Positions 20,001-30,809 of a DNA stretch of 61,921 bases are shown one piece after another. Positions within the stretch are counted from its first letter, which is position 1, and the number at the start of each line of letters is the position of its first letter. Location of the stretch: contig JAZDHK010000019.1 of the NCBI GenBank assembly GCA_043806035.1, positions 1-61,921 of the forward strand, written 5' to 3'. Made by a program: the position numbers and the translations under genes. The notes under the pieces were generated by a model. The model made no database searches. It had not been told where the DNA came from and saw only the letters and a list, made by a program, of their open reading frames with translations. The DNA is from an archaeon (GTDB taxonomy: Archaea > Nanobdellota > Nanobdellia > Woesearchaeales > UBA9642).

Positions 20001-20901
20001 TATGTGCAATGATAGCCTGCTTGACTGCCTGCTCGTCATGGAATGATCCTAGGATAGGGAGCGGTTCTGCGATGTCCGTCTTGCTCTGGTAGATGAGGAT
20101 GGGCTTGTCGAACTTTTCCAAAGCATGCAGCAACGCCGTATTCTTTTCTGCGTCATCCGTGCAGTCCATCACGAGCACGATGAGTTCAGCCACGTATTTC
20201 ATCGCCAGATGCGCCTGCATCTCGACCTTGTTCATCTTCTCAGGCCTGTTCAGCGTTCCCGGCGTGTCGATGCACTGGATTTTCAGATGATGTGCGGTAA
20301 AATAGCCGATGTTCAACCTTTTTGTCGTGAATGCATACGCTGCTATCTCCACGTTCGCCCCCGTCAGTTTCTTGAGCAGGGTGCTCTTGCCCGCATTGGG
20401 AAAACCAGCGATAGCGATGGTGAACAATCCTTCCTTGATAGTAGGATAGTCCTGCATCACATAGCGTACCCGTTCTAGATAGACGAGATGTTTCTTGATC
20501 TGCTTGAAGACGCTGGCAAACCTTCCCAGATGCTCCCGCCGCAGCGCATATGCCTCCTTTTCTTCAGTACAGCGCAGGACTTTCCTCTTGTAGTCTTTTG
20601 CGAAAGACTCTTCTTTCTTCGCCGCCCAGTTGAGGCTGGCGAGCGATTTCTTGAGCAGATCATAGTCTACCGTTGACCTGATGAGCTCCTGATAGAATTC
20701 GTTCAGGTTGTCGATGCTCGGAAAATTCTTTATGATATTGCCGAGCAAGGATTTCGCCTTTTGGGTCATTCGATCAATGGCTGAGATGTGGCGTTGCTTG
20801 AGCAACCGCTTGTCCTTCTTCGTATTCTGGTCCTTGCCCGCCTTGATGCACTGATCCAGATAGAACTGTGCAGTCTCTATCTTAGCCATGACGAATGACA
20901 T
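19987..20901 (-). CDS. Nog1-family (Obg/HflX-like) GTP-binding protein
   Basis: GFPNAGKST, YAFTT, DTPG, SKTD; N-terminal FPSIDNLNEFYQEL helical domain. Confidence 0.9.
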   Translation of the reverse strand: MSFVMAKIETAQFYLDQCIKAGKDQNTKKDKRLLKQRHISAIDRMTQKAKSLLGNIIKNFPSIDNLNEFYQELIRSTVDYDLLKKSLASLNWAAKKEESFAKDYKRKVLRCTEEKEAYALRREHLGRFASVFKQIKKHLVYLERVRYVMQDYPTIKEGLFTIAIAGFPNAGKSTLLKKLTGANVEIAAYAFTTKRLNIGYFTAHHLKIQCIDTPGTLNRPEKMNKVEMQAHLAMKYVAELIVLVMDCTDDAEKNTALLHALEKFDKPILIYQSKTDIAEPLPILGSFHDEQAVKQAIIAHIRIV

Positions 20902-20925
20902 AAAAAAAAGAAAGCAAAGAACGAT

Positions 20926-22308
20926 TTATAAATGCTTCTTTCGCGCGTAGATGAACGAGATCATGCCGATGATGATGGCTAACGCAATGAGGATGTACAG
21001 CCCCCACGTCCCGACCACCTTCGCCGTTCCGCCCTCCGTCGTCACTACCTTTCCTGGCGGTACGGCAGCTTCTCCCAACTGTCCTATGAGCAGTTCGCTC
21101 TGTATGTCATTCAGCAAGTCTCGCTTGTCTCCCGCAACAGCGAACGTGTAGCTTTTCTGCTCGTTAGGAGCCAGTTCAGCGAATGCAATGACGTACTCCG
21201 GGTCAGTGTTTGCAATGACAACCTGGCCTTCGGTGCTGACCTGGACCATGCTGGCATGTTCGGCAACGGTTTTTGGAATGGTGTCGTGCATGATGACCGT
21301 ATACAGTGTTCGTGTTCCTTTGTTGTGTATGGCCGTGGTGAAGAGGGTGAGACCTTCTGCAAATTCGGCGGTGCGTCTTGTTTCAAGCTCGCCAGCGGCT
21401 GCTGCTGCATTTTCCCGCAGGACAGCCACCTTTTGTTCGTCGATGGATCCAAGAACGCTTTCCAGCGATGCCATGAAGCCAGGAGCCTGCTGTACTTGTT
21501 CCAGCACACTGGGCAATGGAGTCATTTGCGTTGCATTCGTGACGTTCGTCGTTGCATTCGTGGCATTGCTTGGGACGGCAGCACCGCCTCCTCCCCCTCC
21601 AGTTCCTCCTTCCTCCTCATCTGTGCAGGTTGGGCAGGTTACCGAGAGCGTATCGCTTTCCGTATCCACGTTTGAGCTTGTCACCGTGATGGTTATTGTT
21701 TTTGTCGTGGTGAAGCTGCTTGCCGTTACTTGCCAACTCACGCCTGCACTCGAGCCTGCGTTGATGCTGCCTATGGTCTGGGATGCATCATCGGATGTGC
21801 TCAGGCCGCTCGGCAAGCTCAGCGTTGCTATCACGTTCTGGGCAGTTGTCTCACCTGTGTTCTGCACACTCACGCTCACGTCGAACGTCTCGCCATTCGT
21901 TGCTGTTTCCGATGCTGGTGACGCTGTAGCGGACAGTGCAGGAGCGAGGACTACGTTGAACGAGTTCGTGGTTGCCGTGCTCGGGCTGCCTGCGATGCTG
22001 ATCAGAACGCTCAATGTTTGGCTGGTGAGTTTCTCATTGGCAACAAACGTCGTCCATGAGACCGAGCTTCCGCTAAACGATTTTGAGCTTTGTTCGCTGA
22101 GGCTGAATCCTGAAGGAACGGTGACGGTTGCCGTGCCGCTTCCTGAAAGTCCAGAAACTGTCAAGGTGAAGGTGTTTCCCTTCATGACCGTTCCCGAATC
22201 CGCACCTGACTGCGTTATGGTTGCCGTGGCCGCAAGTGCGGTGGGCAGCAGGCAGAGAACGAAAAGGAGGGTGCAAACAATGCTTGTTTTTGTAGCGGTC
22301 ATCTTCAA
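20926..22308 (-). CDS. Surface glycoprotein-like protein with Ig/CARDB-like domains and C-terminal TM anchor
   Basis: Signal peptide, S/T-rich, VQNTGETTAQNV..LSLPSGL, poly-Gly linker, TM followed by RKKH. Confidence 0.8.
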   Translation of the reverse strand: MKMTATKTSIVCTLLFVLCLLPTALAATATITQSGADSGTVMKGNTFTLTVSGLSGSGTATVTVPSGFSLSEQSSKSFSGSSVSWTTFVANEKLTSQTLSVLISIAGSPSTATTNSFNVVLAPALSATASPASETATNGETFDVSVSVQNTGETTAQNVIATLSLPSGLSTSDDASQTIGSINAGSSAGVSWQVTASSFTTTKTITITVTSSNVDTESDTLSVTCPTCTDEEEGGTGGGGGGAAVPSNATNATTNVTNATQMTPLPSVLEQVQQAPGFMASLESVLGSIDEQKVAVLRENAAAAAGELETRRTAEFAEGLTLFTTAIHNKGTRTLYTVIMHDTIPKTVAEHASMVQVSTEGQVVIANTDPEYVIAFAELAPNEQKSYTFAVAGDKRDLLNDIQSELLIGQLGEAAVPPGKVVTTEGGTAKVVGTWGLYILIALAIIIGMISFIYARKKHL

Positions 22309-25300
22309 TTACCTCCGCACGACTGCCCAATCTGCATATACTTGTCTACTGTCTCGTTGCCAGTCGTGGTGTTAATGCGTATTCTGAACAAGTACTCCCC
22401 TCGCTCCCATGCTATTGTCGGCGTTATGGTGATGATACCATACCCTTCTTGGTCCGTGTCTTCTGCGCTGACGCTGTAGTCAGTATATGGTCTTGTCCCG
22501 AAGAAGCCGAACTGCAGTACCCTCGTTGCGTTTAGTCCAGCGCCGATGATGGGGCTCTGGTTGAATGCGTACGCTCTAATGGTGATGGCAATGGGTGTGG
22601 TGTTTGCAATACCGCACCACACGTCCTTGCTGAGGAGCATGTCCGTCGTGTTGAACGTTTGAATGTTCCATCCTGGAGAGGTCTGCCAGTCCGTGTCGTC
22701 CGTTTCCTCATAGAATCTGAGGTTCCCTTCCCAGATGCCTGCAGGCGTGCTGCCCCACTGCTCGGACATGCCCGTTTCGTTGCCATAAATATCGTAGTAC
22801 GTCGGAGGCTCGTCCTGGCTTCTCCAATCCGAGGTGATCTCCAGGTCGTCATCAGTAAGGATCCTGGTGAGGCTTTGCTGCCCGTTCTGCCGGTCATCAA
22901 ACGCAAGGATATAGTACGTGTTATTCTGGCTCGCATTCAAGTCAATGTCATATCCTTCCAAGGACTCATTGAATTCCCTGATGGAAAGGGGAGTGTTGTC
23001 CTGTATGTTGATGTCGCCAACAAGAGGCTTTATGCCGGAGCTGTTGCCAAAGGTGACACCTGCCCACGTCTGTGGTCCAATACCAGCCAGATAGACCTGT
23101 CCAGTAATGGTTTCTCCGGCATGGATTATGTCTCCATACGTGCCTGTTGTGGTGAATCGTGCTCCGGTAACGCATTCCTGGGAGTTCCATGCCGTGCAGA
23201 CGGGCATCTCCTCATCTGAAGAGTTCAGCAGTATCGCATTGTAGAACGTTCCTGAATAGTTGAGACTCATCATCGCCCAGATGGGCATGTTGTCATACCC
23301 GTCATACCTTGGTGGAGGATATGCTGTGGTGTTGGTGATGTTCAGGCCGATTGCTGCATAGTTGCTGCTGCTGTTCACAAAGAGCACGGTCAGGAAGAAC
23401 GGCGCATTGCCGAGAGTGAGATTGATGGGCTGTCCTGCAGTGTAGTTGCTTGTTCCGCTAAAGTTGCAGCTGTTGTTCTGTATCCAAACTCTTCCAGCGT
23501 CAGTGTCATTATGGCTGAAGTAGAAGTAGTATCGTGGATTGCTGAACCGCCAATTGCTTGACATGCGCACCTCGAAATCATCACCTGAAACGTCTTCGGG
23601 CGCCTGGAAGGTGCAGGAATCATTCATGGTGTACGTGTTTTCTGCAACTCCGAGAATGACTCCTTCATTGTCCTGGTAGCCGTTCCAGGAGGCATTCTCT
23701 GCCCGCACTTCCACTGCGGGTGTTGTATCCCTCCTGAATTGAGTCGTGGGAATGAGGGAGAAATTGCTGATCCGCTTTGCATAACCAGAACGTTCCGTGG
23801 TGAGGAATTTTCTCAGATTGACCCTTGGCCAGAGCCACTGCTCAAGGTAATACGTCTCCCCATCGACTGTTGCACTGATTTCGAAGAAGTGCTGCCCTGC
23901 AGAGAAGGTAGTGTTTGCTGCACTCTCATTAATGACAAGCTCTCCTCTTCCGTTAATAGGCATGGTTACTTCCGTAAAGCTGATCATTGCTGAATTCACG
24001 TTGTCATTGTACATTGCAGATTTTGTGCTGACATTTGCTGCAATTGCCACGCCCGCAGGGCTTCTGATGATGACAGGGACGCGGATGTTGGCTGTCGCTG
24101 CAACATCACCGAGATCTGACCAGTCACCTGTCTCCCTGCTGTAAAAGTTGATCCTGTCTGCCCGCGGATCGATACTCAGCAAGGTCAGCTGACCGTTACC
24201 TATCGTCCGTGTACTCCGGTTGGCGTTGATACTTATTGGCTGGGAGAAATTGCTGTTACCTGAGAAATAGAACGTGTCATACACGCCAGCCGTTTCGTTG
24301 TCCAGCAGGGCATAGTAGAATGTGTCGTTGGCGAGGCCGTTGTTGTTTAGGTCCATGCCAGACCTTCCTCCCTGCTTGAAGTAGCCGAGCTCTTCTTCTC
24401 GTATCCTTCCGATACGGACGACTCCTGATTGGGAGCTGGCCATGTCAATATACGTGCCCATCGTGCCGCCGACATTATTGCCCAAGAGGGTGATGGAGCT
24501 CTGTGCCAGTGTCTGAATCGTCCAGTTCCCTCCCGTCGGGTCGAGGATGGTTGCTCCTCTCGCGGCAGTTTGTCCAGAAGAAAAGTCATCTTCGGAAACA
24601 TTCATCATCCACAGGTCGGTCGTGTTGTGATAAATGTACACATACCTTTCTGTCGGGAAGGCAGGGAATTCTTCCTCGTTCCAGTTTCTGTTGATCAAGT
24701 TAACCCTGTCAAAGTAGAACGTACTGTCACTCTGCGGAGCCTTAAGCGTGTACATGGAGCGGTTGCAGCTGTGCTGATTGCACGTCCAGGACTCTCCGCA
24801 GATCCTGTTCTCTCCTAACTTAACGCTGAATTCTTGGCCGGTGATATTGACAACCGTCCAATTGTAATTGTTGATGAGTTCCTCAGACGTTCCTCCTATG
24901 AGTATAGGCGTGCTGTCCGTAAGGTCGTTGTCATCTCCAACGCCCAGCCAGATTGCAGTGCCATTGCTGAAGACAAACACTCTCGTCTGGTTCTCATTGC
25001 AATCTCCCTGATTGTCCCATTGGTACGGCCCTGCAGGCCCTTGCGAGGCATTCTCGTTGCCGACGCAGAAAATCCTGCCGTACATGGCGGGGAAGTAGTC
25101 TGGCAGGGTGAAGTTCGACAGATTTCCTTCCGAGCCTTGAGGCGTGAATACGTCCAGAGCGTCACGGGGAACAATAAGCACGTTCTGCTGCGTGAAGTTT
25201 CCTTGCGCGTCATATCCCACTTTAGCAATAGCCATCTGCTCAACGCCAACAGTTCCTGTCTCTATCCAGGAACCGTTGAGCTCATATCCTGTGGCAGAAG

Positions 25301-28300
25301 AGGTTGTGGTGAGCCTAGCGTGTGTTCCGTTCATGACAACGTATAGTATATTTCCTGGCGAGCAGTCCCCGTCAGTATTGGTGATGTCCCCAAATCCATT
25401 GAAGCAGAACCTATCAACGGTAATCGTTCCCGGCTTCTCACTGACGGCCAAGGTGTCGTAGTTGGGGCCGTCCCGTAGGTATCGCAGAGCCAGTGAGTCA
25501 TAGAAGAGCATCTGCTTCTCTGTTCCCGTATCATTGTAGGCAAGGGTAATATTCCACGAGCTTGAGTTAAGAGGTATGATGCCGTCGGTGATTGCGGTAG
25601 CGCCGCCCATGTCATACATGCCTGTGCTATTATCGTACGTGCCATTCTGTTTTATCCAGATGTGCGTCGTGTTGGTGGCAACGCCAACATATATACCTGT
25701 GCCGATATCACAGGGGTACAGATCAGTATTCAGGCTGCTTATGGTGTCTCCATTCTGTACGCAATAGAGTGCACCATAGACTTCTGCGTATTCTGACTTG
25801 TTGAACCCGCTCATGTTCGTGAGGTTTCTCTCTCCGGAAGGGTTTTGTATGTTGATGCGTATGCTGAAGTTGTCTTCCTCATCCAGTGTATCATTCAGGT
25901 ATGTGAGGGTGTAGGGAACATCGCTGTTGACTATCTCCAGGTAGGAATTAGCCATGTTGTTGTAGTATGGGTCGTTCGAGAGCGAACGTTGCCTGTTATT
26001 GCATCTGTCTTCCGAACCCCAGATGTTGAGGTCTCCCGTGCTTGCCGTGTCGCTCAGCCAGTTCCAGCTCTGAAGTATTTGTGGGATGGCAAAGACCACG
26101 TTCTTGATCTGGAACTCGACGTACGCTGACTGTTCGATGCTTTCGTTGTTCAAGACGATGATATCGATGGCATACCTTCCCGCCTCAAACGTTGATAGGT
26201 TGATGTGCACCGTGCAGAGATTGCCTGTACAGGTGGTGTCGCTCTCATTCCATACGCTCGCGTTGATTCTCTTCGGCTTACCCTTATTCTTGTCAGAGAT
26301 GAATTCTGGCGTGGCGTTATCAAGAGTGACATTGTTCCCTGAGAAGTCGGTGGCGGTAATATTGATCTCAAGTACTTCATCACTGGCAAAGAGCGGATCC
26401 CAAAAGTCAGAACCTCTATACGTCGTCTCGATCTGGTAACTGGAGACGGTAGCATAGCTTGTCCCAATATCCGATCCCTCGTCAGTATACGCTCGGACAT
26501 TGATGACATACCATCCTTCATTGTCAATAACGTTGCTGCAGCTGATGTTGGCAAGGAGGGCATTCGTCATTTCATCAACGCAGTTGTCCTCATAATCACA
26601 CGTTGTCTTGTTGTAGTTATCTATGCTCACGATTGCCGCTTCTGCACAATCCATAGCTATGGGCCGTTCGTACTCATCATTAAGGATGTTCACGATTTCC
26701 GTGCTGGTGATGTTCAGGTCTTCGGTGCCCTGTGGGCTGGGGATGAGTGCTTGAACAATGAGCTGGAGTGGTTGTCCTCGCTCAAATTGTGCATCCTCCT
26801 GTCGTTGATCGTTGTCTGAATCTACATAGTAGAAGTCATTCGTCTCGTCATAGTTTGCCTTCTCCAGCTTGACGAAGAAACTTCTGATCTCAAAATAGCC
26901 CCAGCCGAAGTACTGCTCTGCGGGATCGTCTGGATTGGTCAAGATAACGTCCACACTATAGAAGCCGGAGTCGAAATCCTCTGCAGGATTGATGAGAAGG
27001 GTTGCCCCGCTGGTCGAGTTAATAATGCTCCCGTTCACGAGGGTGTAGTTGGAAGGATCGATTTCCTCAAATAGTTGCTCGTTTCTGATTGTAGAGATGG
27101 TCGCGATGAAGCCGCTACATCCCGTGCAGCTCATCTGGGAGCTTCCTCCAGAATAGCCTATGTCGAAGAGGCCGCCCTTGTCAATGTCCACAACGTTCAC
27201 GTTGAGGGTGATGTTCTCTCCTGGCTTGATGAATGCCGTTCCCTCCATGTCGGACTGTGGTTCTGCAAAGATGATGTATTTCTTGAGCTCGAAGAATGCC
27301 GAGCCAACTCCTTCGTAGATAGTGCCCGACATGTTTGCCTTGAAGCGGAATTGCATGCTGTAGAATCCCTCGCTTGAGGGAGCAGTAAAGCTGATGATGC
27401 CGCTGCTCGAGTTGAAGCTTTCGTTGCTTATGTCAGTCGTTGCGTCTGCGAAGGAGGGATACTGCTGTTGCACCTCCACGATTCTCGTTTCCAGTATCTG
27501 CGATGTATTCACTTCCTCGTCCGTCGTCATATCCATCAACGCTACCTTGACGTTCACTACCCCCAGAGGAGAGAAGAAACCGAAGCCTTGCCCGTTCTGG
27601 TCAACAGTAGAGCCGGTTGCGAGGAGCCGTTGGATGCTGAACGAGGTGCTGCCGTATTTTGTTGTGCTCGTCTGCAATTTTGCTTTCAGCGTGTAGAATC
27701 CTGCGGGAAGGCTGGTGTTGGTGATAACGATCATGCACTGCTGCATCATTTCTTGAGGAGGATTCACGTCAGAGAGAAATCCCTCGTTCGTCAAGTTTTC
27801 TAGGCTTCTGATCATGACCTCGTTCGAGATCGAGAAGGTTCTTCCCTTGTCATCTTTCAGTTCAACGACAGATACGGCATCGCTGCACGTCCTGTTCTCG
27901 TTCTCGATGGCAACGGTTGCCCCGTTCATGAAGCCGCCCAGGGAAAGATCGCTCTGCGTTGCCATCACCGTAATGTTCTTTCCTGGAGCAAATACAGTAA
28001 CAAAAACTCCCTCGCCACCCTGCTCGACCTCATCAAGATATGCCGTGTTGATGCTGAACAGCTCAAAACTCGTTGATTCGGCGATGAAGCCAGAAGTGAC
28101 GGTCTGATTGTTTCCTTCGTACGCCCCCACGATGCGGATGGCGTAACTGCCCTGTAGGGTGCTGGGAATGGTGAAGTCATACATGTACTCTCCTGCTGCA
28201 GTGTGGTTCATGCTGGGTCGCACGATTGTTCCATTCGGGTAGGTGATTGCCAGGCTGATGCTGTCGAGGGTGATGATGGTTCCTGTCGCTTTTGCCAGTG

Positions 28301-29330
28301 CACTGATGCGTGCGGTAGCGCCGGGCATGAACGAGCTTGTGGGATTGCTCGAGACGTCGGTCGTTTTTGCGATGAGGCTGAACGATTCGACATTGACGAA
28401 CTCGACTGCCTGGTCGTTGACCCTGATGTCATAGCTGCCAATGGTGCCGGCGGAGATGTTGCCGAGATAATAGCCATCATCGTTCGTATGCGTGTTTACC
28501 TGGGTTATGCTGCCGTTGGGAGAAGTGATGCTGATGTTGAGGGTCTTGCTGCCAACCATGTTGCCTGCAGCATCCTCCGTAATGATGAGGTAGTGGGCGG
28601 TTTGTCCGCTTGAAAAGCTGCTGGCGTTCATGGCCTGTGCAATAAGCGCATGCATGCCATCAGTGTTTGCAGCGGCTATGAGGAATTCTTGACTTGAGGC
28701 GTTTCTTCGGAAGATGTCTCCAGCACTGAATGTCTTTTCCGTCACGCCCGTAGTGTCCTCGTCATTGTTGTAGAGGCTGAAGTTCGCATCATCGTCGACA
28801 TAGAGTGTGTCATAGATGCTCGCTGCGTTGCTGTCCACGAGAGCAAGGTGCATGAGCCCGTCAAGCGTAACGTTGCCGTAGCTGATGTTCTGGGAGAGGG
28901 AAACGGAGGTAGCGAGCAGGTCAGCAAAACCGGGTGTGTTGGGGTCGTCAATGCTGGACGTGTTGACGAGGTAGGTGGTGCTTTCGGGAATGATATAGAT
29001 GAGGTAGGTGAGTTCTTCAGCGACGACCGAAAAGGGGAGGGTGATGCTTCGTGATGCGTTCTCCGTAATGATGAGCGTGTAGTCTCCTGCAGCATAGTCG
29101 GTAAGGGTGAAGGAGAGGCTGAACGTGCCGTCACTTGCTGTGCCGTTGCCTGCGAGTGTGGTGCCTGCTCCCGTGGAGATGCTTGCATTGATGGTAGCAT
29201 TGCCCTCCGTGATTCCACTCACGACCAGGGTTGCGTTCGTCACGTAGACGTTCTTATCCAGCTCTGCCTGGAATGCAAGACAGAACGGCAGCAGTGCAAG
29301 CAAGAAGAGAACAGAAAAGATTTTTCGCAT
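22305..29330 (-). CDS. Giant secreted surface protein (~2340 aa)
   Basis: Start set at MRKIFSVLFLLALL after GGTGAGG; many N-x-S/T sequons; beta-rich. Confidence 0.85.
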   Translation of the reverse strand: MRKIFSVLFLLALLPFCLAFQAELDKNVYVTNATLVVSGITEGNATINASISTGAGTTLAGNGTASDGTFSLSFTLTDYAAGDYTLIITENASRSITLPFSVVAEELTYLIYIIPESTTYLVNTSSIDDPNTPGFADLLATSVSLSQNISYGNVTLDGLMHLALVDSNAASIYDTLYVDDDANFSLYNNDEDTTGVTEKTFSAGDIFRRNASSQEFLIAAANTDGMHALIAQAMNASSFSSGQTAHYLIITEDAAGNMVGSKTLNISITSPNGSITQVNTHTNDDGYYLGNISAGTIGSYDIRVNDQAVEFVNVESFSLIAKTTDVSSNPTSSFMPGATARISALAKATGTIITLDSISLAITYPNGTIVRPSMNHTAAGEYMYDFTIPSTLQGSYAIRIVGAYEGNNQTVTSGFIAESTSFELFSINTAYLDEVEQGGEGVFVTVFAPGKNITVMATQSDLSLGGFMNGATVAIENENRTCSDAVSVVELKDDKGRTFSISNEVMIRSLENLTNEGFLSDVNPPQEMMQQCMIVITNTSLPAGFYTLKAKLQTSTTKYGSTSFSIQRLLATGSTVDQNGQGFGFFSPLGVVNVKVALMDMTTDEEVNTSQILETRIVEVQQQYPSFADATTDISNESFNSSSGIISFTAPSSEGFYSMQFRFKANMSGTIYEGVGSAFFELKKYIIFAEPQSDMEGTAFIKPGENITLNVNVVDIDKGGLFDIGYSGGSSQMSCTGCSGFIATISTIRNEQLFEEIDPSNYTLVNGSIINSTSGATLLINPAEDFDSGFYSVDVILTNPDDPAEQYFGWGYFEIRSFFVKLEKANYDETNDFYYVDSDNDQRQEDAQFERGQPLQLIVQALIPSPQGTEDLNITSTEIVNILNDEYERPIAMDCAEAAIVSIDNYNKTTCDYEDNCVDEMTNALLANISCSNVIDNEGWYVINVRAYTDEGSDIGTSYATVSSYQIETTYRGSDFWDPLFASDEVLEINITATDFSGNNVTLDNATPEFISDKNKGKPKRINASVWNESDTTCTGNLCTVHINLSTFEAGRYAIDIIVLNNESIEQSAYVEFQIKNVVFAIPQILQSWNWLSDTASTGDLNIWGSEDRCNNRQRSLSNDPYYNNMANSYLEIVNSDVPYTLTYLNDTLDEEDNFSIRINIQNPSGERNLTNMSGFNKSEYAEVYGALYCVQNGDTISSLNTDLYPCDIGTGIYVGVATNTTHIWIKQNGTYDNSTGMYDMGGATAITDGIIPLNSSSWNITLAYNDTGTEKQMLFYDSLALRYLRDGPNYDTLAVSEKPGTITVDRFCFNGFGDITNTDGDCSPGNILYVVMNGTHARLTTTSSATGYELNGSWIETGTVGVEQMAIAKVGYDAQGNFTQQNVLIVPRDALDVFTPQGSEGNLSNFTLPDYFPAMYGRIFCVGNENASQGPAGPYQWDNQGDCNENQTRVFVFSNGTAIWLGVGDDNDLTDSTPILIGGTSEELINNYNWTVVNITGQEFSVKLGENRICGESWTCNQHSCNRSMYTLKAPQSDSTFYFDRVNLINRNWNEEEFPAFPTERYVYIYHNTTDLWMMNVSEDDFSSGQTAARGATILDPTGGNWTIQTLAQSSITLLGNNVGGTMGTYIDMASSQSGVVRIGRIREEELGYFKQGGRSGMDLNNNGLANDTFYYALLDNETAGVYDTFYFSGNSNFSQPISINANRSTRTIGNGQLTLLSIDPRADRINFYSRETGDWSDLGDVAATANIRVPVIIRSPAGVAIAANVSTKSAMYNDNVNSAMISFTEVTMPINGRGELVINESAANTTFSAGQHFFEISATVDGETYYLEQWLWPRVNLRKFLTTERSGYAKRISNFSLIPTTQFRRDTTPAVEVRAENASWNGYQDNEGVILGVAENTYTMNDSCTFQAPEDVSGDDFEVRMSSNWRFSNPRYYFYFSHNDTDAGRVWIQNNSCNFSGTSNYTAGQPINLTLGNAPFFLTVLFVNSSSNYAAIGLNITNTTAYPPPRYDGYDNMPIWAMMSLNYSGTFYNAILLNSSDEEMPVCTAWNSQECVTGARFTTTGTYGDIIHAGETITGQVYLAGIGPQTWAGVTFGNSSGIKPLVGDINIQDNTPLSIREFNESLEGYDIDLNASQNNTYYILAFDDRQNGQQSLTRILTDDDLEITSDWRSQDEPPTYYDIYGNETGMSEQWGSTPAGIWEGNLRFYEETDDTDWQTSPGWNIQTFNTTDMLLSKDVWCGIANTTPIAITIRAYAFNQSPIIGAGLNATRVLQFGFFGTRPYTDYSVSAEDTDQEGYGIITITPTIAWERGEYLFRIRINTTTGNETVDKYMQIGQSCGGN

Positions 29331-29420
29331 AACCTCACCCACTTCCTTTCTGCAGCTGGCAGTGTTCCTATCGTTTATAAAGTTTTTTAAATAGTCGCGC
29401 AACACGCTAATTGCTATAAT

Positions 29421-29585
29421 GGACTCTTAGGCAAATGATTGCGCCTTAAGGTCAAACCGCCAACAAGCGAACGACTCAAGTGCGTTGTGAGATGGTGCTT
29501 CCTACGGGAACACAGCGCATTCATAGATGAGTTGCCTGCGTTTTGAAGGCGCAATATCGAGCATGGCAAGATTTTCCTAAGAGCC
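29421..29585 (+). mobile_element. 165-bp highly structured element: aged MITE and/or ncRNA
   Basis: Imperfect TIR GG(A)CTCTTAGGcAAAT / ATTTTCCTAAGAGCC, flanking 8-bp near-direct repeat GCTATAAT / GCTGTAAT, nested stems and a C-UACG-G tetraloop. Confidence 0.6.
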
Positions 29586-29685
29586 GCTGTAATGATAATG
29601 TTTATATATTGGCTACAGTTGCCCTGATTACCGCATGACTGAGCGTCAGACGTGGAATGTTTGATTGCTCCGGGAGGTACACACG

Positions 29686-30081
29686 ATGGATCTGAGAATA
29701 ACCTTAGGCGACCCGAAGACGGGGCATTCTTTCAAGAAAGAAGTCAAGGACGACGCTGCAAAACCATTTCTTGGCATGAAAATCGGCGACAGCATCAAAG
29801 GAGAGCTCATCGACATGCCTGGCTACGAATTTCTCATTACGGGCGGCAGTGATATTGCTGGATTCCCCATGAGGAATGACGTGCACGGCACGGGCAGGAG
29901 GAAAATCCTCATGGTGAAAGGCGTAGGACTGCGGCCGAGCAGACCGGGCATGAAGAAACGAAAAAGCGTTTCGGGAAACACCATTGCTGAGCACACGGCA
30001 CAGCTCAACCTCAAGATAACGAAGTATGGCAAGGATCCGCTGCCTGAACCGGTGAAGAAAGAAAAGAAAAAGGAAGAGTAA
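29686..30081 (+). CDS. rps6e: 30S ribosomal protein eS6
   Basis: FLGMKIGD..GELIDMPGYEFLITGGSDIAGFPMR...RKSVSGNTI..AQLNLKI; start at the ATG after GGAGGT. Confidence 0.96.
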   Translation: MDLRITLGDPKTGHSFKKEVKDDAAKPFLGMKIGDSIKGELIDMPGYEFLITGGSDIAGFPMRNDVHGTGRRKILMVKGVGLRPSRPGMKKRKSVSGNTIAEHTAQLNLKITKYGKDPLPEPVKKEKKKEE

Positions 30082-30108
30082 TTTTTTCGTTTATCCTGCG
30101 TATTCGTT

Positions 30109-30630
30109 TTATTCTATTTTTTTGAGCACGGCATCGATGTAGGCTCCTTTCTCGACCAAGCTTTTCTTGGGCAGCCGACATGCCATCTGGGTCATGCCCA
30201 CGATTCCACCGCCAGCAATGGACAGTGGAAGGGCAAGTCCGAGACGGGCGGAACCGAAGGGAACGCCTATCAGCGCTTCTATGGGATAGCTTACCAGATA
30301 CGTGAACAGAGCGACACTGCCCATAATACCTACGACGTTATCGGGAACGAACACACCCCTCGTAAGATAGCAATCATCAATGGGGAGTAATGCCTGTGCA
30401 TGCGTGACGAGCTTGTTATGCTCTACGTTTTTTGGCAAGGGAAGCAACGTCTCCAATCCCGAGACGCCTTCATTGATTTTTTCCGCGATGCTCGCACAGG
30501 TCGTTCTTCCTGCAAGCACTTCTTTCATGAGCGGGTTCTGTATGTAGTTTACAACGATGTTTCTCACGGCATCGAGGGATGCATTCTCTTTTTCGGCAGC
30601 GACCAATTTTGCATACAATGTTTGTTCCAT
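30109..30630 (-). CDS. Hypothetical membrane protein
   Basis: 173 aa with two C-terminal hydrophobic segments. Confidence 0.65.
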   Translation of the reverse strand: MEQTLYAKLVAAEKENASLDAVRNIVVNYIQNPLMKEVLAGRTTCASIAEKINEGVSGLETLLPLPKNVEHNKLVTHAQALLPIDDCYLTRGVFVPDNVVGIMGSVALFTYLVSYPIEALIGVPFGSARLGLALPLSIAGGGIVGMTQMACRLPKKSLVEKGAYIDAVLKKIE

Positions 30631-30809
30631 GCTTTCACCCGGTCATGAATGTGACATCAATCCTGCAGGGATTTATATGCTTTTCTTTATTTTCCACTCT
30701 TGAGTGAGTATAATGTGTGTTTTTTTCTGTGTCGTCCTGCAAGGTATGCCGTCATCTTTTCCTCATGTTCAGGGCAAATTATTTAAACGGCAGCAGTCTG
30801 CCTAAGCAA

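Noticed and set aside
29421-29585. SRP RNA, RNase P RNA or 5S rRNA
   Set aside because: No SRP helix-8 (CAGG..GGAA..AGCA), RNase P (GAGGAAAGUCC) or 5S conserved motifs on either strand.
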